Below, piece after piece: positions 9,842 to 19,948 of a DNA stretch of 64,000 nt; within the stretch, counting starts at the first letter, position 1, and each line of letters opens with the position of its first letter. Source of the DNA: Candidatus Latescibacterota bacterium (lineage in GTDB: Bacteria > Latescibacterota > CBDEFO01); contig OZ252149.1 of NCBI GenBank assembly GCA_965248755.1, forward strand, positions 1,184,001 through 1,248,000, given 5' to 3'. The notes beneath the pieces are model-generated. The model saw only the letters and a program-made list of their open reading frames with translations. It searched no databases and was not told where the DNA came from. The position numbers and the translations under genes are program-made.

Positions 9842-11542
9842 CTATATCCCCCGACCTGTTAGGCTCACCGAAGTGAGTCCCTTTTTACGTGCATTGCTAA
9901 AGATCTCAAACGTGCTCTGATACGAGCCAACCGCTTTAGGACGGAAGATCACCTCTATGTCCAGGGATTCCCCCGGTTCCACCCTCGAGGTCTTGGGCAT
10001 GTCCTCCGATAGAGAAAACGGTTTTGGAGGTGAGGTGATCCGGGATATTTCGAGCGTCTCTGTCCCCAGGTTTGATACGGTGATTTTCCTGACTTTGTGT
10101 CTGCCGGCGGAAAGTTCCCCGAAGATCAAAAAGGAAGTCGAAAGACGAATTGAGGCATAGTCCTTGAACGTTAGCCCTCCCTTCGTTGCTTTGGTAAGGC
10201 TAGCCTTACGAAGGTCAAAATCAGCCTGCTTTAGCTGCTGTGCCTCCTCATATCTTCCCGCCTTGAGGAGATTTTCTATGAGAAAGTACCGGAGCACGGA
10301 ATCGGTCGGGTCTACCTTTAGCGCATCCTGAAGTAGTTCGAGAGCTTCGTCGATCTTGCCCAGATTGACCAGCAATCTAGAATAATAAGATGCGAGCTCT
10401 GCCAAATGATCTTCTTTCAGTTCCTCGTAGATCGACGCGAGCTTTGAGACCTTGTCCAGATGGCGCTCGTAGTCCCCTCCGATAGGTATGGACTTTGTAA
10501 TGTTTACTATCCGTTTGTTCGTCTGGCTGAACATTATGTGAGGCAAAATCTCGATTCGTTCTGCCATTCGATGACGTGCAAGGATAGGTTGCATAATGCA
10601 CCCCTTCTGGTCGACATGGATAGCGCCGAAGACGTGCGCAATCTCATGAACAAAGACGTGGGCGTTCATGATCTTCGTCACGAAGACGTTGGTGTGCAGG
10701 CGCGCATAGCCAATAGCCGTTGGTCCGGACCAGTAAGTAGTCGGAGCAGGAGGGCCGAGACTCACCAAGGTAAGATTGACATTCTCTCTGCCCGGAATGC
10801 TCGCAGCCGCTTTGGCTATGCTGGTGATGTCGCCCTCGGGCGGCCGCCATCGCTTAACCCGTTCAACGATGAGTTTCATGCCGAATTCTCGTTCCATAAT
10901 CCGGGAGGCAAGGGCCAATTGGGACATCAAATAGTCCTTCGTACGGCGTCCCTCGCCCCTAAGGCGCTGATCCGACACCACCAGCAACCTGATCTCTATA
11001 GGAGCCTCGTACATCCTGACGGGAAACTCTGCGAAAACCTCATCGAGGTTGCCGTAGGGTCGGATGTTACGGTACCTGGGAGGATCGAAGTAAGGGGCTT
11101 CGAATGTAGCGGACCATTTTCGGATCTCCGTTCCGCTCTTCACATCGAGCAGACGGAGCTCCACCTTTCCTTTGCGATCGTAGTCCTTGAAGTCCTCTAC
11201 TTTTGCCAGAAGCAGGGCGTCAGCACCTAACTCAGCGGCCTTCTCTCGCGCAGGCATCTCTGGTTTTTCCCGATTAAGTATGAATCTTTCTTTTAAGTTG
11301 TACTCATCGAGGTTGTGGAGCGTGTAGTTCTTAACGTTGTCCAGGTATCCCGCCAAGAACTCACTGAAATCTGGGGCAAGTATTTTTCCTTTCTGAACGA
11401 CTGAGCACACACATATCGTCCTGACAGCATCGAGTTCTACCCCTGCCCAAACTGATCCTACGATCACAAATGTGGCTATCTGTCCGACTATCCAGCGCAC
11501 CAGGAGTCCCCGCCACGCGAACAAAGACCGAAAAGTTTCCAT
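9842..11542 (-). CDS. Secreted metzincin-type zinc metallopeptidase with TPR and C-terminal Ig-like domain
   Basis: HEIAHVFGAIH plus Met-turn CIMQP; TPR helices; ITVSNLGTETLEI...VEPGES..IEVIFRP Ig-like motif. Confidence 0.75.
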   Translation of the reverse strand: METFRSLFAWRGLLVRWIVGQIATFVIVGSVWAGVELDAVRTICVCSVVQKGKILAPDFSEFLAGYLDNVKNYTLHNLDEYNLKERFILNREKPEMPAREKAAELGADALLLAKVEDFKDYDRKGKVELRLLDVKSGTEIRKWSATFEAPYFDPPRYRNIRPYGNLDEVFAEFPVRMYEAPIEIRLLVVSDQRLRGEGRRTKDYLMSQLALASRIMEREFGMKLIVERVKRWRPPEGDITSIAKAAASIPGRENVNLTLVSLGPPAPTTYWSGPTAIGYARLHTNVFVTKIMNAHVFVHEIAHVFGAIHVDQKGCIMQPILARHRMAERIEILPHIMFSQTNKRIVNITKSIPIGGDYERHLDKVSKLASIYEELKEDHLAELASYYSRLLVNLGKIDEALELLQDALKVDPTDSVLRYFLIENLLKAGRYEEAQQLKQADFDLRKASLTKATKGGLTFKDYASIRLSTSFLIFGELSAGRHKVRKITVSNLGTETLEISRITSPPKPFSLSEDMPKTSRVEPGESLDIEVIFRPKAVGSYQSTFEIFSNARKKGLTSVSLTGRGI

Positions 11543-11565
11543 GATATGCCTCCTTCCGATAGTCG

Positions 11566-12708
11566 CTATTTCAATTTGGAGAAATCACTGATTGCTCGAC
11601 GGGTTACGAGGTCCCAGATGCCGTGGTGGACTGAGCTTGTGTGAATCTTCCAGTCACGCCTTGTGATAAAGAATTCGTTTTCCTTCACCGCACCGACCAG
11701 CTCATCGACATATCTTTTCAGTGTTGCGTGGTCACTCCACACTTTTTTCCCATCGGGCAGCATCTCGATCCTCTCCTCAAGTTCAACGGTAATCTCGTAT
11801 AACATGCCTTCACGTTTTCTCTCCTCATAACTCTTTCTCTTCTTTGAGACCAGGAGTTCGTCTGGATCTCTCTCGGACCTTTCCCTTGTATCTCTGACCC
11901 AGTCCCAAGTCTCGCTCTCCACATGGAGCACAAGCAGATAGTCTGCCATTAGATCCTTCGAATCCGCGATGTTGTAACAAGGCACTATCCGCCTGAACCT
12001 TCTACTCATTGTCATAGACTTGCTCAACTTTTTCGATATGTAGCTGGTGCCGGTCCTTATTGTTTTCTCGCTCCAAGATTTCATCTTTCGCTCAGCTAAG
12101 AACCGATCCGACGCTTGTAAGTGAACTGCGAGCACATAGGCTCCGCGCGGTATCTGTTTTATCTGCTTCCGTGGGAGAGGACGCAGCTTTTTGGCCGCGT
12201 AATAAACCAATGTCCGAGCAAGATTGTTGCCCTTGTTTTCATCTAGATTCACCGCATCCGCCGCCTCACCCAGGATTTCATCCATGAAAGGGTTCTCTCC
12301 CCCTTCAAGGGAGGCCTGCGTCAAGGTCAACAGTTCAGTGACGAAGAGGGAAAAAGTGTCAGCTTCCACTCCTGAGAGGGTTGCTGCCCTTTGCTCAATC
12401 TCCTTTTTCAGGTTCAGGGAATCTGCCTCCACCTTGCTATCGGAGATCACCTTTCCGATAAGCATCGCCAAAGTGGTGCGCGCCCTGTTCTCCGGGAGAT
12501 ATACAGTTCTTGCGGCTTCCATAACTATTTCGTCAAGGGTCACATCCGCACGTTCAGCGAGCTTGGCGTGCAGCCCTTCCAACGCTGACAATGCCAACAA
12601 CGTTTCTTTTGTTGGTACGGTTTCATCCTGCGCGTGACCCAACTCCGAAAAGGTCAAGGTGCCAATAATCACTAATAGTATAAGAATGCTACCAGTTGGG
12701 CATTTCAT
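11566..12708 (-). CDS. Hypothetical exported protein
   Basis: 380-aa ORF with signal peptide, co-oriented with neighbours; no family recognised. Confidence 0.7.
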   Translation of the reverse strand: MKCPTGSILILLVIIGTLTFSELGHAQDETVPTKETLLALSALEGLHAKLAERADVTLDEIVMEAARTVYLPENRARTTLAMLIGKVISDSKVEADSLNLKKEIEQRAATLSGVEADTFSLFVTELLTLTQASLEGGENPFMDEILGEAADAVNLDENKGNNLARTLVYYAAKKLRPLPRKQIKQIPRGAYVLAVHLQASDRFLAERKMKSWSEKTIRTGTSYISKKLSKSMTMSRRFRRIVPCYNIADSKDLMADYLLVLHVESETWDWVRDTRERSERDPDELLVSKKRKSYEERKREGMLYEITVELEERIEMLPDGKKVWSDHATLKRYVDELVGAVKENEFFITRRDWKIHTSSVHHGIWDLVTRRAISDFSKLK

Positions 12709-12814
12709 AGCAACTTCCTGTGGATAAGCCGAAGAGGAGAGTTTTAGGCCACTTCCAGCAGGTCGAACTCCCGCAGGGTCTTGGCTTATAGAGAAGCAGG
12801 CCTACATAGTAATG

Positions 12815-13336
12815 CTAATCCAGGCTCCCTGGATATACCTCTATGTCGTAGTCATCTATGGAGCTCCCCACGCTTACTTCGTATTCTTCTCCCCATCTTT
12901 CGACCGACAGGAGATTTTCGTCCTTCCCCTCGAAATCCCAGTATTCCACATCCACTATCCTTGCGTTCCCCGACTCTTCGGTCAAAGTAGCCTTTGCGTG
13001 TCCGTGCTCCTCTAGCTCGAATTCCTCACCCTCGTAGTTAAGAACATCCGGCACAGGCTTGGGAATACGCATCTTTACTTTCTCCCAGAACGTAAGCTCT
13101 AGGCCGTCGTCCTCTTCGACGCCGAGCCACTTGACTTCATCTCCCTCAACGAGCCTGTACCCGAACCACTGGTCGCCTCCCTCGGAATATTTAATGCTCC
13201 CTTTGACTATGAAGTCCTGACCGTAATAGGAGACAACGTCGCCTATTCCCAGATTTTGAACGGTCTTTTTCTCTGATGAAGGCTTGCTCTTTTTCCTCGA
13301 CTTGAATATCGCCTTTGCCCTTCCAAACATGCTCAA
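12815..13336 (-). CDS. DUF4178 domain protein
   Basis: L.IGD.VSY...F.V.G...Y.EG...W..Y.L...WL.VE.DD, LSVERW..E..VS.G. Confidence 0.8.
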   Translation of the reverse strand: MSMFGRAKAIFKSRKKSKPSSEKKTVQNLGIGDVVSYYGQDFIVKGSIKYSEGGDQWFGYRLVEGDEVKWLGVEEDDGLELTFWEKVKMRIPKPVPDVLNYEGEEFELEEHGHAKATLTEESGNARIVDVEYWDFEGKDENLLSVERWGEEYEVSVGSSIDDYDIEVYPGSLD

Positions 13337-13354
13337 AGCCCTTTTCCCCCTTTC

Positions 13355-14392
13355 TCAAGTCAGACTCGGTCTTTTTTGTGTAAGGACGATCAGGAGATCG
13401 TCCTCCTGAATAATCTCACCAGGTTCGGGATTGGTGATATTTTCCTTTCCCCTCTCTATAGCTATCAACGTAGATTTGTAATTCTTCTTTAAAGACAGGA
13501 GCAGAACTTCCACAGACTGACCTATCATAGAGGGAGATATATCCACTTTAAAGAATGCGTTTCCGTAACTGCCGCACACGAGCTCAGATACCACGTTCGA
13601 GATCCCATGATCCAGAGCGGAGCGGGCCAAAAGCCTTCTGGAAATCTCACCCGTGACTATCACCTCATCTGCCTTTGCTCTTTCGGCGTGCCGAGTGTTC
13701 TCCGCATCCAGAAGCTCTACACAGGTATAGACATCCGGATTCAAAGACTTTACGGTCAAGACGGTCAGTATCGCCTTAGCGTCCCTTGAGTAGACTTCGA
13801 CGTCCTCGTCTGAGAGCACAATAACGGTTTCCGCGTCGGATATTCCCGCCCTTTTTAGAGTATCCTCAGACGTGCTGTCCCCGCTGACAAAGAGCACGCT
13901 CTCCTGATCTATCGGGGGCTTATGTTCCATATCATCTATCAACACTATAGGTGTATCTGCCATCTTTGAATCCATCATAAACTCATCTATGATGTCTCGA
14001 GCCTTTGTGCCCCAGTTGCACAAGATCACTTGTCTCCTGACTGTTACGTTCTTCATGCCTCTGTCTTCCTTTATTTTGCTCTCTAAGAGATTTTCCGTAA
14101 TCACAGAGATAAGCACTCCCAAAAGCCCGATGCCCATGAGCATTACGACTCCGGCTGTGATCCTTCCGCCTAAAGTTACGGGGAACTTATCTCCATAGCC
14201 GACGGTGGTCATCGTCACAAAGAGCCACCAGACGGCGTCCTTATAGTTGGAGAACTGATCGTTTTCCCCCTTTTCAAAGTAGAGTATCCCGAAAGTGCCC
14301 AAGATTAGGATGATAGCCCCGAAGACGATCACCCGTTTGTATCTTAATCTTCTCAGCCGTCGGAAGAATCTTAGTAGGGTCTGTAATATCAT
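13355..14392 (-). CDS. Potassium channel (2TM pore plus RCK/TrkA-N and TrkA-C)
   Basis: Selectivity filter TMTTVGYGD; Rossmann-like RCK domain. Confidence 0.95.
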   Translation of the reverse strand: MILQTLLRFFRRLRRLRYKRVIVFGAIILILGTFGILYFEKGENDQFSNYKDAVWWLFVTMTTVGYGDKFPVTLGGRITAGVVMLMGIGLLGVLISVITENLLESKIKEDRGMKNVTVRRQVILCNWGTKARDIIDEFMMDSKMADTPIVLIDDMEHKPPIDQESVLFVSGDSTSEDTLKRAGISDAETVIVLSDEDVEVYSRDAKAILTVLTVKSLNPDVYTCVELLDAENTRHAERAKADEVIVTGEISRRLLARSALDHGISNVVSELVCGSYGNAFFKVDISPSMIGQSVEVLLLSLKKNYKSTLIAIERGKENITNPEPGEIIQEDDLLIVLTQKRPSLT

Positions 14393-14399
14393 TATTATA

Positions 14400-15095
14400 T
14401 CACCCTAGAGCGTCGATCGCACCTTCAAGATCACGGGCAATACAGGTGAATATGGGAGTATCCCTTTCTGTGTATCTACTCGATTCTGTCCCTCGAAGTT
14501 CCATCACGAGGTCGAGAAAATTCTCGGGTTTGTTCGTCTCAAACGCCACTACGAACTCCTGATCGTCCAGACCGAATGAATAGGTGGTGTTCAGTAGCAC
14601 AGACGGATACTTGTGACCTATTTGTATATGTTCGTTCATTATGCCCTGGCGTGTCGGCTTAGCCAGGAGATACCATTCTCTGGTCTTGACAAACGGATAC
14701 ACGAAGAGATATTTCCCCTCGCCTGGAGTTAAAGTCAACCTCACACCTTCCTGTCCCTTGTGGGTGTGTTTATCCACGTAGGTCGATTTTTTGGTCATAG
14801 ATAGAAACGAATATGTAGTGTCTAGATATTTTCCCAGGCCGGTTGACAGGAGTTTTGTCGTCATCCCCTGAAACGACTCCAGAGAATATGATATCCGCCA
14901 CAGCATAAGATCGGCATCGGCTCGCATGCCCACAGTAGAATAGCTCAAACATTTAACATCTGATGAGAAATCCTCCACAACGGCCATTAAGTCTCTTTTC
15001 CCCGTTTGCTTTTCGTCAGAAGGTAACGTTCTCCAGGACCTATCTACTTTGTAGAAGGAAAAATTTACAAATTGTCGCTTTTGCTCGTCGGCCAT
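14400..15095 (-). CDS. Chlorite dismutase family heme protein (Cld/ChdC-like)
   Basis: YPFVKTREWYLL, R..IM.EH...G..Y, YSFGLDDQEFVV, LRGTESSRYT.RDTPIF. Confidence 0.85.
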   Translation of the reverse strand: MADEQKRQFVNFSFYKVDRSWRTLPSDEKQTGKRDLMAVVEDFSSDVKCLSYSTVGMRADADLMLWRISYSLESFQGMTTKLLSTGLGKYLDTTYSFLSMTKKSTYVDKHTHKGQEGVRLTLTPGEGKYLFVYPFVKTREWYLLAKPTRQGIMNEHIQIGHKYPSVLLNTTYSFGLDDQEFVVAFETNKPENFLDLVMELRGTESSRYTERDTPIFTCIARDLEGAIDALG

Positions 15096-15196
15096 TTTCA
15101 CCTCCGAAGATTTTATCTTTATTTCATATGGAGCTTACGCTCCGGGCCAATGCTTTCCCTGTAAGGAAGGGATTTTCTATGAGACAACCCAGAATT

Positions 15197-15250
15197 GAGA
15201 TTGCTTTGCTCCCCCCCCGATAGATTCAATCGGGGGGAGGTCGCATTGAC
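15197..15250. repeat. GAGATTGCTT...GCA(A/T)TGAC hairpin repeat with nested CCCCGATAGATTCAATCGGGG palindrome
   Basis: Seen directly; related outer repeats near 1841, 5160, 35460 and 40585. Confidence 0.75.
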
Positions 15251-15325
15251 GTCGCTTAGCTGGAGTCTGCAGTGATTGTGGGGGATCAATCCCTGAAGCG
15301 AGCTCATTTTCCCTCAATGGGAACG

Positions 15326-16102
15326 TCAAAATCTTTCCACCGTTACGCCCTGTGGAATTTTCATCTGAAAGCTCTTATCGTCCACGCCTCTGTTTACCTT
15401 TCGATGGATAAACTCGATTCTAGCCGTGTTCTGGCGGTGAAATATCTCGATTTGATTGGGAAGCAGAACGCCTCCTGTCTTCTTGTAATTTTTCATTATC
15501 CGTCTGAAGACTAAATTTCCGCTCAGATCATAGACGGACTCCTCCAGTGGAACTCTTCCTTTCTTATCTATCCAGACCCGGCGAATCTTACAGCCCTCGT
15601 CCAGAACGATCAGCCATCTATTGTCCTGCAAATCGAACTCGATGACATTTGCTATATCTTCTTGTTTTAGATTTACTATCCCTAAAAAGGCGAGCCTCGG
15701 ATCGTCCGGTCCGAAGTCCATGCCTGAAAACCGCAAAAATATATCGCCATCTATCTTTCCCTTTACGGCACTTTTGATTTTGGGGAGATAGACCTCCAAA
15801 CTGTCCCCGAAAGCCAGCGCCGTCATGACGTTTACTCCTAACGACCCATTTACCTGTATCTTCATTAAGTCCGGACTCTTAAACGCCACATATGCCCAGA
15901 CCCTGTTCTTTACCCCGTCCACATCCAAGAATACGTTTGCTCTCCCATACAAGTCCCTTAAATCTTGCTTGTTCCTACTGAGAACGGCCATTATATCCTG
16001 GAGAGTTAAATCTCTCATTACACCGCTCTGGGCACATCCACATAGTAGAACGAGCACAACGCCCAAAAGCCTCAAGAGACTCCTATTTTGACAGCCTCTC
16101 AA
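15326..16102 (-). CDS. LolA/LolB-like (DUF4292-type) lipoprotein
   Basis: Lipobox-like LCGC; beta-rich; C-terminal ..LP..I.I...N...D..F.. pattern. Confidence 0.65.
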   Translation of the reverse strand: MRGCQNRSLLRLLGVVLVLLCGCAQSGVMRDLTLQDIMAVLSRNKQDLRDLYGRANVFLDVDGVKNRVWAYVAFKSPDLMKIQVNGSLGVNVMTALAFGDSLEVYLPKIKSAVKGKIDGDIFLRFSGMDFGPDDPRLAFLGIVNLKQEDIANVIEFDLQDNRWLIVLDEGCKIRRVWIDKKGRVPLEESVYDLSGNLVFRRIMKNYKKTGGVLLPNQIEIFHRQNTARIEFIHRKVNRGVDDKSFQMKIPQGVTVERF

Positions 16103-18086
16103 GCTTTTCCCTTACCTTGTCGTTTTCAGGATCTATCTGAAGGGACTTGATCCAGTGAGTCTGGGCCTTTTGAAACTTTTCCAGGGTAAACGAAATATCG
16201 CCCAAATGATCGAATATAACGGCGTTTTCCTTATCGTTCTCATTCACAAACGTAACGGCCTTATCCAGGGATTCCTCGGCTTTGTCTAACTGTCCTAGTT
16301 GGTAATACGCCCATCCTAAGCTATCCCAAAATGGTCCGTTTTGGGGTTCTTGGACTAATGCCTTTTTGATCATCCCGACCGATTCGTGCAGCTTTATACC
16401 CTTTTCTATGAATATATAACCTAAGTAATTAAGGGTGAACGCATGGTCTGGATCTATCCTGAGCAGAGTCTCAAATGTGCTTACCGCCTCATCGGAGGAC
16501 CCGGTTCGTTCCAGGGCATTTCCTAACCCGAACAGATAGATTGTGTTCTGGGGATCTTTTTCCACAAGAGAAGCATAAATCTGAATGGCGTCATCGTAAG
16601 CTCCGGAACGGTTTAAAGCTCGAGCTAATCCAAAAAGATAGCTTTCGTTTTCAGGGTCGCCCATAAGGAGGTCTCTGAAAAGTTTAATTGCCTCTTTGTG
16701 AAGTTTTGCGCGGCTTAGCGTGTAGGCCAGTGAAAGTGCAAATTCTGTATTATTGGGATCTCGCTCAAGGAGCGCCCGAAACACAGCTACTGCCTCGGTG
16801 TAAGAACTCGATCTGTACAGAGCGTCCCCAAGCCCATACTGATACTCAACGTTGTCCGGCTCCATCTCCACCAGGGAGCGGAGCGTTTCAATCGCCTCAT
16901 TGTGGGAATCTGCCAGGCTCAAAGCCTGGCCCAGTCCGAAGAGATAGAGCTTCTTGTACGGTTCCTCCTCAAGACGGGATCGAAATAGTTCCACCGCTTC
17001 ATCGTGACGCTTGGAGCGGCTTAACGCAAGCCCTAAAGAGAGCAGGTAGTCGCTATTATTCGGCTGAACCTCTAACGCCATTTTGTACGCCCAGACTGCC
17101 TCATCGTACTTCTTTCGAGCCGACAGCGAGGCTCCCAAAAGATTATAAGCCTTATCGTCTTTTCCCTCATCTGCAAGGGCCTTAAACACGACCTCTGCCT
17201 CTTTGAATTTCCCTTTCGTCAAGAAGGTCGAACCCAAGTAATATAGGAAGTCCCTATTTTCTCCTGTCTTCTCTATCGCTCTGTCTATCAAATCGTCATC
17301 GGAAAGGTATATCGAGGAGAGCCTGTCGAATATATTTATGTCCCTCGGATTCCCCTTCTGTGTCTCCTGGTTAAGGACCTCCTCGTAAAGCTCCATTGCT
17401 CCTTCTTTATCTCCTTCAGATTCTAGAATCAGACCCAATCTCAGCCAGGCGTCCACGAAATTCGGATCGTCAGCGATGACCCTGCGGTAGTTCTTCTTGG
17501 CCTTCGGCATCTTTCCAAGGACCGAGTAATTCCTCGCTATCGCAAAACGTATATTAGTTGGGAGAACCTCTATGGTCTCCAGCTTGTCGAGTATCTTTAC
17601 AGCATCTGCTGACCTGTTCTCGCGGAAATACAGATTGATGAGATCAAAATACCTGTTATAATATCTCGGCTCGAGTTCTATAAGCTTCTTGATTCCTCTC
17701 TCCATTCTGATACTGTCACCCTTTTTGCGATAGAGGTTGATCAGAAGATTGTTCGCCTTTTCAAAGGAGGGGTCTATTCTTATCGCTTTTTGAGTGAACT
17801 CTATGGCTCTATGGTCAAATTCACGAAGCGCCATGTAGTTTCGGGCGATAGCGTAATATATAGATGCTGAAGTCGAATCTAACCTTGCTGCTTCCATAAA
17901 CTCCACGATAGCGGCGTAGTAATTCTCCCTGAGTTCGAACGCTTTAGCCGTGACAAAGTGAATCAAAGCCTCGCTTTTAAGTTCCGTCTTCTCCCCGGGC
18001 CTTGAGCTCGTTTTCAGGTGACCAGGCGCCGCACAGCCCGCGACGACGAGGCATAAGACTAATATTTTGTTGGCGTAACTTCCCAT
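16083..18086 (-). CDS. TPR-repeat lipoprotein
   Basis: Lipobox VAGC; many 34-aa TPRs; LNYLGY and DSLGWAYY..G, FDHLGD motifs. Confidence 0.9.
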   Translation of the reverse strand: MGSYANKILVLCLVVAGCAAPGHLKTSSRPGEKTELKSEALIHFVTAKAFELRENYYAAIVEFMEAARLDSTSASIYYAIARNYMALREFDHRAIEFTQKAIRIDPSFEKANNLLINLYRKKGDSIRMERGIKKLIELEPRYYNRYFDLINLYFRENRSADAVKILDKLETIEVLPTNIRFAIARNYSVLGKMPKAKKNYRRVIADDPNFVDAWLRLGLILESEGDKEGAMELYEEVLNQETQKGNPRDINIFDRLSSIYLSDDDLIDRAIEKTGENRDFLYYLGSTFLTKGKFKEAEVVFKALADEGKDDKAYNLLGASLSARKKYDEAVWAYKMALEVQPNNSDYLLSLGLALSRSKRHDEAVELFRSRLEEEPYKKLYLFGLGQALSLADSHNEAIETLRSLVEMEPDNVEYQYGLGDALYRSSSYTEAVAVFRALLERDPNNTEFALSLAYTLSRAKLHKEAIKLFRDLLMGDPENESYLFGLARALNRSGAYDDAIQIYASLVEKDPQNTIYLFGLGNALERTGSSDEAVSTFETLLRIDPDHAFTLNYLGYIFIEKGIKLHESVGMIKKALVQEPQNGPFWDSLGWAYYQLGQLDKAEESLDKAVTFVNENDKENAVIFDHLGDISFTLEKFQKAQTHWIKSLQIDPENDKVREKLERLSK

Positions 18087-18099
18087 AACTGTATCTCTT

Positions 18100-18408
18100 T
18101 TAATGTGTGTAAGGCGTAGTAGTATCATCCTCTTTTATTCCTCGAACTAGGCCTTTCATCTTCTTGTATCTTGTAAATCCCACTATGAAAGTCGCTATTC
18201 CCATAGGGACGAATATCCATCCGACTATTTCGATCGCGACAGAATCGAAGAACTGGATACAAGACACCCCGGCTATAAAGAGGGTTAAAGCCGTCCGTAT
18301 GTATGCGAGGAAAGTCCTCTCATTGGCGATAACCGTTCGATCCACAGCCAGATAGTCGCGCAGGATCAACCCCTCTTTGATAAATTTGGAATATGGCCCC
18401 TCTGACAT
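18100..18408 (-). CDS. DUF202 (YidH-like) membrane protein
   Basis: RD.LA.DRT..ANERTFLAYIRTAL. Confidence 0.9.
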   Translation of the reverse strand: MSEGPYSKFIKEGLILRDYLAVDRTVIANERTFLAYIRTALTLFIAGVSCIQFFDSVAIEIVGWIFVPMGIATFIVGFTRYKKMKGLVRGIKEDDTTTPYTH

Positions 18409-18436
18409 ATTTCTTTCCTCAAGCTCCCCTTTGAGC

Positions 18437-19840
18437 TTAGATCGGCGGAGGCTTAAAGCCCCCCAGAGCAGTCTCGATGTGCTGGGCCACAGCCAGTGCC
18501 ACATCCTCACGCCAGGGTCGACCCACCACCTGCACACCTATGGGCAGGCCCTCAGGCGAAGTTCCGCCCCGGACGACCACAGCTGGCCATCCCGTCAGGT
18601 TATAGGTGAAGGTGTAACTTTGGGCCAGCAACTTGTCGTCGTCAAATGTGACGCCGTGGGGCAGAGCAGGATAGCCGTTGACCGGTGAAATGATGACATC
18701 GTAATTCTCCATGAAGGAAATCATAGCACCTCGGAACACATCAATTCTGGCGAGCAAATCTTCAAACTCAAAAGTTGACATCTCATAACGACGCATCAAT
18801 TCCAGAAAGCGCTCCAACAAGGGGTGTATTTCCGCAGTTCCGACCGTCTTAAGCAGGGCTTCTATACCAGATCCGCCGTCTGCACCAATCAGACCGAGTA
18901 TTAGATCGAAAGTCTCTTGGATACATTCAGGGCGATCCTCCACCACCGATATACCCGCATCAGATAGCGACTTTGCGGCTGCCTTCACGGCATCTACCGT
19001 TGCAACCGAAGGAGATGCAATACCGTTATCGGTGTGGAAACTTATGCGCAGCCCCTTGATATCTACTTTTTGAGGGTCACTGAGCGGCATCGGGACAACC
19101 GATGGATCGCGCCAGTCCACTCCGGCAATAATTGAGAGGATCAAGGTCAGATCCTCAACAAACCTGGCCATTGGACCAAGCTGCCACAGCGCCTTTCCCG
19201 CCCCGTCCGTAGGGGGGAAATGCCCTGTGATCGGTACTCTGCCGGTGGTCGGCTTCATGCCGGCGATTCCGCAGTAATGACAGGGGACTCGGACGCTGCC
19301 TCCTGCGTCGCTTCCCAGACCCAGAGGAGATCCTCCCGCTGCGATGATGGCACCCTCACCGCCGGTGCTGCCACCGGATGTGCGCGACAGATCGTATGGA
19401 TTGTTAGTACGCCCGTAAACCAGATTGTCAGTCTCAGCGGCCATTGCCATTTCAGGGACGTTGGTCTTCCCCAGCAGGATCGCTCCTGCGGAACGGAGTC
19501 GGGCCACGACAGTCGCATCCTGTGTCGGCACAAAGGAGGCACGCCCTTTAGTACCTGATGTAGAGATCACGCCAGCCGTCTCTATCGAATCCTTAATTGT
19601 CATCGGCACACCGTGAAGCGGACCCTTGATTTCTCCCCGTGCCAGAGCGGCATCGGCTTTACGTGCCTCTTTACGGGCTGCATCTGCTGTCAACTGCACA
19701 ACTGCGTTTATCTTTGGGTTCACAGATTCGATGCGCTGCAGGTGGGCGTTCACCACCACCTCCGAAGAGACCGTCTTGGTGCGAATTGCCTCTGCCAGTG
19801 CTGTCGCTGAGGCGTAGATCAATTCATCCAGAACTTTCAC
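18437..19840 (-). CDS. Amidase signature family protein
   Basis: GPLHGVP.TIKD, GGSTGGE, GSDAGGSVRVP. Confidence 0.95.
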   Translation of the reverse strand: MKVLDELIYASATALAEAIRTKTVSSEVVVNAHLQRIESVNPKINAVVQLTADAARKEARKADAALARGEIKGPLHGVPMTIKDSIETAGVISTSGTKGRASFVPTQDATVVARLRSAGAILLGKTNVPEMAMAAETDNLVYGRTNNPYDLSRTSGGSTGGEGAIIAAGGSPLGLGSDAGGSVRVPCHYCGIAGMKPTTGRVPITGHFPPTDGAGKALWQLGPMARFVEDLTLILSIIAGVDWRDPSVVPMPLSDPQKVDIKGLRISFHTDNGIASPSVATVDAVKAAAKSLSDAGISVVEDRPECIQETFDLILGLIGADGGSGIEALLKTVGTAEIHPLLERFLELMRRYEMSTFEFEDLLARIDVFRGAMISFMENYDVIISPVNGYPALPHGVTFDDDKLLAQSYTFTYNLTGWPAVVVRGGTSPEGLPIGVQVVGRPWREDVALAVAQHIETALGGFKPPPI

Positions 19841-19948
19841 TCCTGTGTAAACGATTGATAGGTGGAGCTATGAGTCCGCTGATCCATATTAAACAGGTTT
19901 TGTAGAATGTTCGGTTTCTAAGTTGTTTGCCTATCTTTTATCATTGCT

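Noticed and set aside
16400..17150. Periodic similarity in the DNA that could suggest an array
   Set aside because: Explained by 34-aa TPR coding repeats. No CRISPR array or cas gene was seen anywhere in the window.
19841..19948. Possible integron attC site between the amidase and lipoprotein genes
   Set aside because: R''/R' boxes match poorly, there is no convincing hairpin and no IntI is present.
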